DNA of 64,000 nt from an uncultured delta proteobacterium. GTDB lineage: Bacteria > Desulfobacterota > Desulfobacteria > Desulfobacterales > Desulfosalsimonadaceae. Within the stretch, counting starts at the first letter, position 1. The number at the start of each line of letters is the position of its first letter. Positions 50,259 through 59,355 of the stretch are shown here, in pieces. The notes beneath the pieces were generated by a model, which saw nothing but the letters and a program-made list of their open reading frames with translations, was not told the origin of the DNA and did no database searches. Location of the stretch: positions 480,001 through 544,000 of the forward strand of contig CAWGYD010000001.1 in assembly GCA_963826785.1 (NCBI GenBank), read 5' to 3'. Made by a program: the position numbers and the translations under genes.

Positions 50259-52427
50259 ATGAATCCCAGCAAATTAAGCGATCCTGATTTTAAAGTCCTG
50301 TTCGAGTCGGTACCCGGCCTTTATCTGGTGCTTGACCCGGATTTGAACATTGCCGCCGCAAGCAATGCCTATCTGGAGGCAACCCGTACACGCCGCGCCG
50401 ACATCCTTGGCCGGCACTTGTTCGACGTTTTTCCGGACAACCCCGACGATCCCTCGGCCGATGCCATCCGCAACACCCGCGCCTCGCTGAACCGCGTGCT
50501 GCAAACGCACCAGCCGGATGCCATGGTGGTGCAGCGCCATGACATCCGAAAACCGGAAGCAGAGGGCGGCGGGTTCGAGGTGCGCTACTGGAGTCCGGTC
50601 AATTCGCCTGTTTTAAATCCTGACGGTTCCCTTGCCTACATCATTCACCGGGTTGAAAATGTCACCGATTTTGTGTTTCTGAAGCAGGAGGGCGTTGAGA
50701 AATCCAGGTTGACGGATGAACTGCGGGAGCGGGCCGTCCAAATGGAGGCGGATCTGTATACCCGGTCCCGGGAGGTGGCGGACATCAGCCTGGAGCTTAA
50801 GCAGGCAAACCAGGAACTGATCCGGCTAAACGAAAAGGATGAACGCCGGCGCGCCAGCCGGATTCTGCAGCGGAGCGAGGAGCGATACCGCACCCTTTTC
50901 GAATCGATGGATGAGGGTTTCTGCATCATCGAAGTCTTGTTTGATGCAAGCGATAAACCCGTTGATTACCGCTTTTTGGAAATGAACCCCGCTTTCGAGA
51001 AACACACCGGACTGCACAACGCGGCAGGGAAGCGCATGCGGGAACTGGAGCCCCACCAGGAGGAGCACTGGTTTAAGACCTACGGCCGAATCGCCATGAC
51101 CGGCGAGCCGGAAAGATTCATCAACCATGCCGAGCACCTTGAAAACCGCTGGTTCGAAGTTTATGCATTCCGGATCGGTCAACCCCGGGAACGGAAAGTG
51201 GCCGTTCTTTTCAGTGACATCACGGATCGCCGAGAGGCGGAAGAATCCCTTCGGCAGTTGAACGCGACGTTGGAGCAGCGGGTATCGGAACGCACCGAAC
51301 TGGCCGAGGCCCGGGCCAGGCAGCTTCAGGCGCTGGCAGTTGAGCTGATCGAAGCCGAGGAAAAGGAACGCCGGCGGATCGCCGAGCTTCTGCACGAGGA
51401 CCTGCAGCAGCTCCTGGCCGGCGCACGGATGCAGGTGCAGGCGGCCGCCAACCGGCAGTCGGACAGGCCCATCCTGGACAATGTGGACCGTATCCTCGAA
51501 GAATCCATTGAAAAGTCGAGACAGTTGTCGCACGAACTCGACCCCCCGGTGCTGCGCCATTCCGGTTTAATCGATTCACTGGAGTGGCTGGTCCGGCAGA
51601 TGGAGAAGCAGTTCGGCCTGACAGTAGCGCTCGAGGTGGAAGGGGCGCGCCGGTTTGAGCGATTCCACATGAAAACCTTCATTTTCAGGGCCGTGCAGGA
51701 GCTCCTGCTCAATATCGCCAGGCACTCCGGGGCCAGGAGCGCCCGGGTGGTCCTGTCGGATTCAGAGGAAGCACTGGTCGTCATGATCAGTGACCCGGGC
51801 CGGGGGTTCATTCCCGGCAATCTGGCGGCCAACGGAAAATCCGGACTGGGCCTGGCGAGTTTGAGCGAGCGATCCCAGTATATCGGCGGCGGCCTGAAGA
51901 TCGAAAGCGCACCGGGTAAAGGCAGCCGCATCACCCTGACCATTCCAAAGGCCCTGCCCGAAGCGGGCACACTGGTTCCAGCGGCCGGGTGGCAAAGGCG
52001 CACGCAAAAGAAAGAAGCGGAAGATGGCAATACAGCGCTCCGGGTGCTGTTTGCCGATGATCACAAGGTGATGCGCCAGGGATTGATCAATCTCATCGAG
52101 GGCCAGCCGGATATCCTGGTGGTGGGCGAGGCTTCCAATGGTGAAGAAGCGCTTGAACTGACCCGGAAGCTAACCCCCGATGTGGTGGTGATGGATTTCT
52201 CCATGCCAAAGATGGACGGTGCGCAGGCCACCCGCCTGATCAAGGCCGAAATGCCCCGGGTGCGGGTGATCGGCCTGTCCATGTTCATGGATAATAAAAT
52301 CATCCGGAAAATGAGCATGGCCGGGGCGGATGCGTTCGTCAGCAAAAATTCCTCTTCCGCTGATTTGCTGAAGGAGATCTATGAAATTGGCAGGCGAAAA
52401 GGGGATGGCGGCACTGCCGATGCATAA
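50259..52427 (+). CDS. PAS-PAS hybrid sensor histidine kinase (HisKA_3 type) with C-terminal receiver
   Basis: Two PAS domains, ERRRIAELLHEDLQQ H-box, QELLLNIARHS, GLGL and ADDH...MD..MPKMDG. Confidence 0.9.
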   Translation: MNPSKLSDPDFKVLFESVPGLYLVLDPDLNIAAASNAYLEATRTRRADILGRHLFDVFPDNPDDPSADAIRNTRASLNRVLQTHQPDAMVVQRHDIRKPEAEGGGFEVRYWSPVNSPVLNPDGSLAYIIHRVENVTDFVFLKQEGVEKSRLTDELRERAVQMEADLYTRSREVADISLELKQANQELIRLNEKDERRRASRILQRSEERYRTLFESMDEGFCIIEVLFDASDKPVDYRFLEMNPAFEKHTGLHNAAGKRMRELEPHQEEHWFKTYGRIAMTGEPERFINHAEHLENRWFEVYAFRIGQPRERKVAVLFSDITDRREAEESLRQLNATLEQRVSERTELAEARARQLQALAVELIEAEEKERRRIAELLHEDLQQLLAGARMQVQAAANRQSDRPILDNVDRILEESIEKSRQLSHELDPPVLRHSGLIDSLEWLVRQMEKQFGLTVALEVEGARRFERFHMKTFIFRAVQELLLNIARHSGARSARVVLSDSEEALVVMISDPGRGFIPGNLAANGKSGLGLASLSERSQYIGGGLKIESAPGKGSRITLTIPKALPEAGTLVPAAGWQRRTQKKEAEDGNTALRVLFADDHKVMRQGLINLIEGQPDILVVGEASNGEEALELTRKLTPDVVVMDFSMPKMDGAQATRLIKAEMPRVRVIGLSMFMDNKIIRKMSMAGADAFVSKNSSSADLLKEIYEIGRRKGDGGTADA

Positions 52428-52609
52428 GGCTATGGAATATCACCTCACCAAAAAGCCCATCCTTCAATTCAGGATATATAAGATTGCGGCTTACGCCCGG
52501 CATCACCGCGAAAAAGCCGTCGCGGTTTCCAGGGAAGTAATTTTTACAAATGCTATAAATAATGGGTTCTGTTGGTAATTGCTATTGTTTAGCCCCGCCG
52601 GTTGTCCGT

Positions 52610-52761
52610 ACACCCCCCTTGGTCCCCCCTCGCAGGGGGGAATAAAAGAAAAGCCCCCCTCGCAAGGGGGATTTAAAAAAGGAGTCCCCCCTCGATGGGG
52701 GAAATAAGATCGTAATTTCAAGGCCTAATCCCCCCTTGAGGGGGGAATTAAAGGGGGGTGT
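52610..52761. repeat. Family A element with tandem units
   Basis: ACACCCCCCTTGGTCCCCCCTCGCAGGGGGGAAT... ending CCCCCCTTGAGGGGGGAATTAAAGGGGGGTGT. Confidence 0.85.
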
Positions 52762-52994
52762 GCGGGCGGCGGCCGTTACGATTCGAAAGTTCCTTTCTGT
52801 AAAAACTCCGCGCAACGGAATCGGAAGCTTTTTACGATGAGAAAGCCCGGTGCGCCTGAACATTTTAAAGCATGCGCTTTTCCGGGTCGGCGCGGCTGCC
52901 GTTGTTGGGCATATTTCAATATAATCAATGATATTTTCTGCACGCATCACAACAGTGAATTGCAATCAGGAGACTCCTGATTTAGAGCCGTCCC

Positions 52995-53555
52995 TCAGCC
53001 CTTGAGGGTGCAGGCATCCTTCAGATTCTCCACATTATCTCCGAAGGGTTTCGACATGATTTCATTCTTGTCGCCATAAATGAGAGTTGCCGCAAATTCT
53101 GCAATGTCAGTAATGATTTCCCGGCAGTGAAGCGCATGCTCCCGGCAGAGCCAGCTGTCTTTCCACTGCTTGCAGATTTCCCGGCACAATGTGTGGCCGT
53201 ATTTAGCCTTGATCAAATTGGGCAGCTGGTTGAACATTCGATAAAGCCCGGGATTTCCGTACAGCTGTTCGGCAGCGGCCCTGGCTGCGGCTTTTCTGTC
53301 CTCCCCTTCGGGGAGGCTGCTTCGGCCATGTACCGCACCGACAGCCAGTACCGCACCCACGATTGCACCGCAGGTGTCCCCGTAAAGTCCGACACCGCCT
53401 CCCAATCCCGTAGCCAATCTGAGGGTTTCTCTGGGAAGGCCTGTATCCACATGCTCCAGCACTGCTTCCAGGACACATTCCGCACAATTGAATCCCTTTG
53501 AAAAATTTTTCCTTGCCCGTTCTTTTACCAGCGTAATTTTTTCTTCAGTTTCCAT
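52995..53555 (-). CDS. C_GCAxxG_C_C-family putative redox protein
   Basis: NCAECV, TCGAIVG, LCREI and HCREI; GAGGA RBS before ATG 53555. Confidence 0.85.
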   Translation of the reverse strand: METEEKITLVKERARKNFSKGFNCAECVLEAVLEHVDTGLPRETLRLATGLGGGVGLYGDTCGAIVGAVLAVGAVHGRSSLPEGEDRKAAARAAAEQLYGNPGLYRMFNQLPNLIKAKYGHTLCREICKQWKDSWLCREHALHCREIITDIAEFAATLIYGDKNEIMSKPFGDNVENLKDACTLKG

Positions 53556-53800
53556 ATTATCCTCTAAGATCCGTTTTGATGAAGTCATAAAAGTCTGAAA
53601 AGCATGGTCGTCGTCATTTCAGCGAAGTTAGAACCCGTCATGACGAGAATTTGATCGATGCATGCCAAGGGGACTTATGTTGAAAGGGTTCATGAAAAAG
53701 CATTCATTGAAATGAACAGGGTTTTCCGGAAATCCCAATATACGCTCAAATGATTTTTCCGTCTACCAAAACTGCAGGAAAAATAACGGCCGCCGCCGGG

Positions 53801-53882
53801 ACACCCCCCTGCCCCCCTCGAGGGGGGATTAGGACTTGAAATTACGACCAAATTCCCCCCTTGAGGGGGGGCAGGGGGGTGT
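53801..53882. repeat. Compact ~82-bp family A element (two inverted palindromic arms plus spacer)
   Basis: ACACCCCCCTGCCCCCCTCGAGGGGGGATTAGGACTTGAAATTACGACCAAATTCCCCCCTTGAGGGGGGGCAGGGGGGTGT. Confidence 0.9.
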
Positions 53883-53916
53883 TCGGACCTGCAGAAGCCA
53901 AAAATCTGAATCAATA

Positions 53917-56900
53917 TCATCCCGCGTATTCCGCCCGTTCGATGAGCTCCATCTGGATGTCTTTGTTGAGCTGCGTGAAGTAGGCGTTGTAGCCGGAGAT
54001 CCGAACCATGAGGTGGCGGTAGTTTTCCGGGTGGGCCATGGCGTCTTTCAAGGTTTCCGAATTGACCACGTTGAACTGCAGCTGCATCCCGCCCATGCCG
54101 AAATAGGTTTTTACGTAGGCGCACAGGGTCTCCACGCTCTTTTCCCGGGTGTCGTTCGGATCCAGGTTGAACTTGACGTTAAAGGCGATGTTGTTGTCCA
54201 TGGTGTCTGGGTCCAGGGCGGCCACATCCCTTAAGTTGTCCAGGAAGGTTTTGGAGGCCAGGGGATGCGGGGTGAGGCCGGGGGTGAAGGCTTTGCCGAA
54301 GACCCGGCCCGAGGGGAGCGCCCCGGACAGCGATCCGTAGGCCACGTGCTGGGACATGGACCAGAATCCGGTGGTGTAGGGGCCGCCCCGGAAGTTTTTG
54401 TGTTCCCGGTGGATGTCGTGCACCAGGGCGGTCACCCGCCGGGCCATTTCAAGCGCCCCGGGATCTCCGGAGCCGAATTTCTTCACCCGGGTTGCCGCCT
54501 GGGCCTGCAGGGCGGGGTCGTTTTCGAAATTTTCGTCGATGGCTGCTTTCAGGCGGGAAAAGGGGACGCGCTTTTCATCATAGACCAGCTGTTTGATCAC
54601 CAGGAGGGAATCGATCACGTCGGACAGGCCGATGTTGGAGGTCCCCGATGAATTGTACACGGCGCCGCCCGCGGTGACATCGAGGCCCTTTTCGATGGTC
54701 CCCTGCATCAGGGCGCTCAAAAAAGGGGTGGGCCGCTTCTCGGAATGGACTTTGGCCAGCAGGTTGTTGAAATCCACGGCCTGGCCGATGAGAAATCTTA
54801 ATTGCTGTTCATAGGCGGCAAAGAAGGATTCAAAGTCGGGGAAAACGTCATCTTCGATGCTGCCGGTTTTCGGCCCCGGGGCCCAGCGCATCAGCGGATG
54901 GCAGCCGTCATGCAGGGCCATTTCCAGAGGCGCCACCAGGTTGAACAGGATGGCCCCGGTGTGTCCCATGTGCTTTCCGGAAATGGTGGGTTCCACGCAC
55001 CCGGTGGCCGACCAGTTCCGGATATCTTCTTCGGGATAGCCGTGCTGGGAAAGGGAGGCGAACACCGCCCTGTCGTTGTGCAGGGACGGGGTGCCGGCGG
55101 TGATGATGTTCACCTCGCACAGCCGCTTCAGATAGGTTTCGCTGTTGATCTCCGGGTGATGCCGGGCGTTTACGTTGACATCGCGCAGGGTCAGCATTTC
55201 CGCGGCTTTGAGCATGATGTAGGTCATGTCGTTCACCGCGTCCCTGCCGTCGGGCGTCACCCCGCCAATGGTGAGGGCCTGGGTGGAGGAGGCCCCCCCG
55301 AACAGGTAGTTGCCGATGTCCGGGGACAGGGGGAGATGGTCTGAAAAGCGCAGGAACAGGCAGCCGATCAGGTCGACGGCGTGTTTGATGCAGACCTTCT
55401 TTTCCGCATCGGTGGCGCATTTTTCCATGTCGGTTTCAAAATAAGGCTGGAGCCACTGGTCCAGCCGGCCGAACGACATGCCGGTGTTGGCGTTTTCCAT
55501 GTTGACGGCGATCCAGGTGAGGTTTAGCACATTGACCGCCTCGTCCAAGGTTAACGCGGGGTTTGCCGGCACGTTTTGAAGGATTTCGGCCAGGCGGAGA
55601 AGCTGCGCCCGCTGTTTCGGATCCTTTTCCGACCCGGCTTGCATTTCGGCCGCACCCCCAAGGCTTTTTGCATAGGCGTCCAACCCGTCCAGGGCAATCC
55701 GCATGGCCGAAAGCGTATTCTTTCCCTCGGCAGACAGGCCTGTATCGGCCAGGCGAGCCTCGATTTCTTTTCTTATCCCCGTGGTTCCCTTTTTCAGAAT
55801 GGTTGGAAAATCCGGTATGGTGTGGGATATTCCCACCGATTTCCAGACAAAGTAGGGGACCCATCGCTCCTCGATTTTCTGGCACAGGGGATAGCCGTTT
55901 TCCACGCGCACCCAGTTCCTGAAATTGCGCTCGGCCCAATAGGGAAAGATATCGAAGTGGAGTTTTTCCACCGTCTTTTCGGATATGGCATAGGGGTTTA
56001 AGATCCGGTGCGCGATGGAGCCGAGCTCCCCCCACAGCATGGTCCCCTGGGCCTCGGGATAGACCACCACCCCGATGGTGGGATTTGCGGTGGTGGTCCC
56101 GGCGATCAGGTCATTTTCCCGGATCAGCGGGGCCTTTTTCGCCATGATGTGCGCAAATACCCTGGCCTGCCGAAGGATCGGGTTCCAGGGGGCGCCGCCT
56201 ACGTCTGTTTCAAATCCGTTTTGCCGGCACCAGGCGGTAAGCAGTTCGGCGCGCTCGGGGCAGATCTCGGGCTTGATGCCAAAATAGGCGTCCCGGAAGG
56301 CCTTGAGCCGGGGAAAGTCATCCAGGCTGTATTCGGACAGGTAGGGATCGGGCAGATATTTGACCCCGGGATCAGTGCCCGGACATTTCATCCGGTATCG
56401 CCGCCGCTCCTTTAGAATGCCGGCCAGTCCGGCCGGGCACCCGGAATATGTCTTTTTACGCTCGGCCACATCCGTCCGGTGGCGTTTTTGAAGCATCTTC
56501 AAATGCTTGTTTCCCATGAGCAGGGAGACCAGAAAATTGAACAGCTGCAGGTAGGAGAGGTTGCCTTCCAGGATCATCCGGTTTTTCAGGATGAGGTTTA
56601 ACACCTCGTTGGGCGTGACCCGCAGCATTTCCAGAAGGGCCGCCTCGTCCTTGAACTTCAGCAGGGCATCGGCATCTTCCGGGATGGTTTTGCTCACCGA
56701 CATCTTTCCGTTTGAAAACACCGCGGCCAGGCGGACGCTGCGGGTCTCCGTGACAAAACCGATGGTAAAGTCAAGCGGCCCGTCCTTTACCGTCAGATAG
56801 CGGTTCAGGGCCGGGCGCTTGTTGAAAAGCAGGGCCATAAGTGACAGCAGCGCATGGGACATGCCGTTAAAGACCATTCCCTTGCTTTTTCGGGCAAACG

Positions 56901-56958
56901 GGATTCCCGGAGTGACCAGAAGGGTCTGGTTGGCCTGCAGGATCGGTGTGCGTTTCAT
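53917..56958 (-). CDS. Glycyl radical enzyme (PFL2/eliminase-like) with N-terminal SCP2-like domain
   Basis: SFGRLDQ, GCVEP active-site loop and C-terminal MVRISGYNAYF; ~200-aa N-terminal extension including DALLKFKD...ILKNRMILEGN. Confidence 0.88.
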   Translation of the reverse strand: MKRTPILQANQTLLVTPGIPFARKSKGMVFNGMSHALLSLMALLFNKRPALNRYLTVKDGPLDFTIGFVTETRSVRLAAVFSNGKMSVSKTIPEDADALLKFKDEAALLEMLRVTPNEVLNLILKNRMILEGNLSYLQLFNFLVSLLMGNKHLKMLQKRHRTDVAERKKTYSGCPAGLAGILKERRRYRMKCPGTDPGVKYLPDPYLSEYSLDDFPRLKAFRDAYFGIKPEICPERAELLTAWCRQNGFETDVGGAPWNPILRQARVFAHIMAKKAPLIRENDLIAGTTTANPTIGVVVYPEAQGTMLWGELGSIAHRILNPYAISEKTVEKLHFDIFPYWAERNFRNWVRVENGYPLCQKIEERWVPYFVWKSVGISHTIPDFPTILKKGTTGIRKEIEARLADTGLSAEGKNTLSAMRIALDGLDAYAKSLGGAAEMQAGSEKDPKQRAQLLRLAEILQNVPANPALTLDEAVNVLNLTWIAVNMENANTGMSFGRLDQWLQPYFETDMEKCATDAEKKVCIKHAVDLIGCLFLRFSDHLPLSPDIGNYLFGGASSTQALTIGGVTPDGRDAVNDMTYIMLKAAEMLTLRDVNVNARHHPEINSETYLKRLCEVNIITAGTPSLHNDRAVFASLSQHGYPEEDIRNWSATGCVEPTISGKHMGHTGAILFNLVAPLEMALHDGCHPLMRWAPGPKTGSIEDDVFPDFESFFAAYEQQLRFLIGQAVDFNNLLAKVHSEKRPTPFLSALMQGTIEKGLDVTAGGAVYNSSGTSNIGLSDVIDSLLVIKQLVYDEKRVPFSRLKAAIDENFENDPALQAQAATRVKKFGSGDPGALEMARRVTALVHDIHREHKNFRGGPYTTGFWSMSQHVAYGSLSGALPSGRVFGKAFTPGLTPHPLASKTFLDNLRDVAALDPDTMDNNIAFNVKFNLDPNDTREKSVETLCAYVKTYFGMGGMQLQFNVVNSETLKDAMAHPENYRHLMVRISGYNAYFTQLNKDIQMELIERAEYAG

Positions 56959-57025
56959 GGCGATGCCTCCAAAAGGGGTCGGTCAGGGGGTTAAGAAATC
57001 CTGGATGACGAAACGGCCAGCCGGT

Positions 57026-57060
57026 CGTTAAACTTAACGTCGTTCAATTGACATGTCAAT
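57026..57060 (-). promoter_or_regulatory. Sigma70-type promoter of the GRE gene overlapped by two palindromes
   Basis: TTGACA (57059-57054)-N17-TAAGTT; ATTGACATGTCAAT (57047-57060) and CGTTAA-AC-TTAACG (57026-57039). Confidence 0.55.
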
Positions 57061-57075
57061 ATACCCTTGGCGCCG

Positions 57076-57924
57076 CTAATCCTTGCGCACCCGCATAAAA
57101 GAAGCAAACCGGGGGATGCCGTTTTTCGTCAGCCCTTGGTATTTGAATGTGACGGTAGTTCCGATCGCGGGGGGCTGACGGCGCTCGGCATCGGTAAATC
57201 CGGTGCCGAGTTTAAACTCGGTGCCGTTTTCGAGGACCAGGGTCAGGCTGCCCATCATGCCCTTGAGTCTGCCTTCTCCCGGATTGATCGCGATCACCTT
57301 TCCTTCCATATCGCTGAAGCGCTTGACCTTCAGTACACGGGGGCTGCGCCCGGCATGAAATGACAGGGCGGGATCCTTGATCACCACGCCTTCGCCGCCC
57401 CTGGATTCAATCTCGGTCAAAAAGGCATCGAGGTGATCGGGGCCGCTGCATACGATCTGATCAATGATCCGGACATGCGCCACCCGATGCGTTTTAAACC
57501 ATTTCCGTGCCTTGTCGAGCCGGGCGGGAAAATCACCGGATGCACCGGGCACTTCGAAAATGTTATATGTGATTTCCTTCCAGTTTTCCGAAGGCTTCTG
57601 ATCCATGACGGTATTCTGCACAAAGGAAAAATCGCTGCGTTTGCGCCACAGTTCGCCATCCAGGGCAAACGGGGGCAGCGATTGGGTGAACCATGCCGGT
57701 GCATGGATCACCTGTCCTTTGCGGGTGAGCAGTTCAGAACCGGTCCAGTACCCCCGGATGCCGTCGAGCTTCTCACTCATCAGCCAGCCGGCAACCGCTT
57801 CAGTGCCGGTGTAGGCGTCTGCATGCTGAAGAACAGGTGCTTCGGCCGCTTCAAGCGACCCTGCCGGGATGACCCCTGCCAAAAAAACCAAAATGCCGAC
57901 GGCCATACGAAAAAGAGCGGACAT
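57076..57924 (-). CDS. Minimal ATP-dependent DNA ligase with signal peptide (LigE type)
   Basis: SEKLDG (KxDG), LDGELW, GEGVV, LKVK and OB-fold GTGF...PRFASF; N-terminal signal peptide; AAGGAGG RBS before ATG 57924. Confidence 0.9.
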   Translation of the reverse strand: MSALFRMAVGILVFLAGVIPAGSLEAAEAPVLQHADAYTGTEAVAGWLMSEKLDGIRGYWTGSELLTRKGQVIHAPAWFTQSLPPFALDGELWRKRSDFSFVQNTVMDQKPSENWKEITYNIFEVPGASGDFPARLDKARKWFKTHRVAHVRIIDQIVCSGPDHLDAFLTEIESRGGEGVVIKDPALSFHAGRSPRVLKVKRFSDMEGKVIAINPGEGRLKGMMGSLTLVLENGTEFKLGTGFTDAERRQPPAIGTTVTFKYQGLTKNGIPRFASFMRVRKD

Positions 57925-58093
57925 AACAAACCTCCTTGAATGGTGAATACCCCAAAAAGCGTATCCCGGTGATCGAAAATCGATGCAAATCAAAATGGTT
58001 TTCAAAGGTTGATTCCTGAGCCGATTCGTGTCATTAAATTTTAATATCCGGGTTCACTTTATTCTTATCTAATTTAATCAGGTAAATAAACCC

Positions 58094-59314
58094 ATGAATA
58101 ATCAATCGAACAAGGCTGCAGGCTATCGGTGGGTGGTGCTTCTGGTATTTTCAGTCATCAATGCGGTCATGCAGATCCAGTGGCTGACTTTTGCGCCGGT
58201 GGCGCGGGAAGCCCGGCTGGTTTACGGCGTGACGGCCCTGCAGATCGATTTTCTCTCCATGATCTTCATGGGGGTGTTTATCGTGATATGCCTTCCGGCT
58301 TCTTACATCATCGATACTTTCGGCATTCGGATCGGCGTCGGAATCGGCGCTCTGCTGATCGGCATATTCGGTGTTCTCAAGGGAATATACGCAAATGACT
58401 ACACCATGGTGTTGATTTCCCAGACCGGCCTTGCCGTTGCCCAGCCGTTTATTTTAAATGCCGTCACCAAGGTCGCCGGCCGCTGGTTCCCGGTGGAAGA
58501 AAGGGCGACCGCCGTCGGAATCGCAACCCTTTCCCAGTTCATCGGCATCATCGTGGCCATGATCGCCACCCCGCTGCTGGTGACGCAGAATGCGGACGGG
58601 AACTACCAGCTCGGGCATATGCTTTTATTCTACGGCATCATTTCCGCAGCCAGTGCAGTCCTGCTCCTGATATTTTTAAAAGAGCCGCCGGTGGAATCTT
58701 TGGATCAGGAAATCATCGATGGACGGATCGACGTGTTTGCCGGTGCGCTGCACATCCTGCGGCACAGGGACATGCGCCTGATGCTGCTGCTTTTTTTTCT
58801 GGGTCTGGGGATGTTCAATGCCATCAGCACCTGCATTGACCAGATCTGCCAGATCAAGGGACTGACCACCGAGCAAACCGGCATGGTAGGGGGGATGATG
58901 CTGATTGCGGGGATTTTCGGTGCGCTCATCCTGCCGGTCCTGTCCGATAAGCTCCGCAAGCGGAAAGCGTTTATCGTGGCGGGGATATTTCTGGCCACGC
59001 CCGGATTGGCCGGCCTGACTTTTGCGAGCGGGTATATCGTCCTGCTTTTGTCTTCTTTTGTTCTCGGGTTTTTTCTGCTGGGCGCATGCGCGCCGGTGGG
59101 CTTTCAATATTGCGCGGAAATCAGCTTCCCTGCGCCGGAATCGATCTCCCAGGGGCTCATTCTGCTTGCGGGTCAGATTTCCGGCGTGTTGTTCATCTAT
59201 GGGATGAACAAATTGGGAATGATCTTCTCCCTGACGGTTTTTGTCGGATTTTCAATCATTGGGGTCATTCTGAGCGCGATGGTCAAAGAATCGCCGCTGA
59301 TCCTGACGCCATAA
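58094..59314 (+). CDS. MFS transporter (FLVCR/SLC49-like)
   Basis: About 12 TM helices; YRWVVL, QWLTFAP and WFPVEERATA. Confidence 0.85.
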   Translation: MNNQSNKAAGYRWVVLLVFSVINAVMQIQWLTFAPVAREARLVYGVTALQIDFLSMIFMGVFIVICLPASYIIDTFGIRIGVGIGALLIGIFGVLKGIYANDYTMVLISQTGLAVAQPFILNAVTKVAGRWFPVEERATAVGIATLSQFIGIIVAMIATPLLVTQNADGNYQLGHMLLFYGIISAASAVLLLIFLKEPPVESLDQEIIDGRIDVFAGALHILRHRDMRLMLLLFFLGLGMFNAISTCIDQICQIKGLTTEQTGMVGGMMLIAGIFGALILPVLSDKLRKRKAFIVAGIFLATPGLAGLTFASGYIVLLLSSFVLGFFLLGACAPVGFQYCAEISFPAPESISQGLILLAGQISGVLFIYGMNKLGMIFSLTVFVGFSIIGVILSAMVKESPLILTP

Positions 59315-59355
59315 CACCGGGCTTATATGGAAATGGATTTCCGCGGATGATGCGC

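Noticed and set aside
53575..53650. Possible additional MITE ends (TTGATGAAGTCATAAAAGTC; similar at 38877-38897)
   Set aside because: Only single degenerate half-sites; no matching inverted partner found
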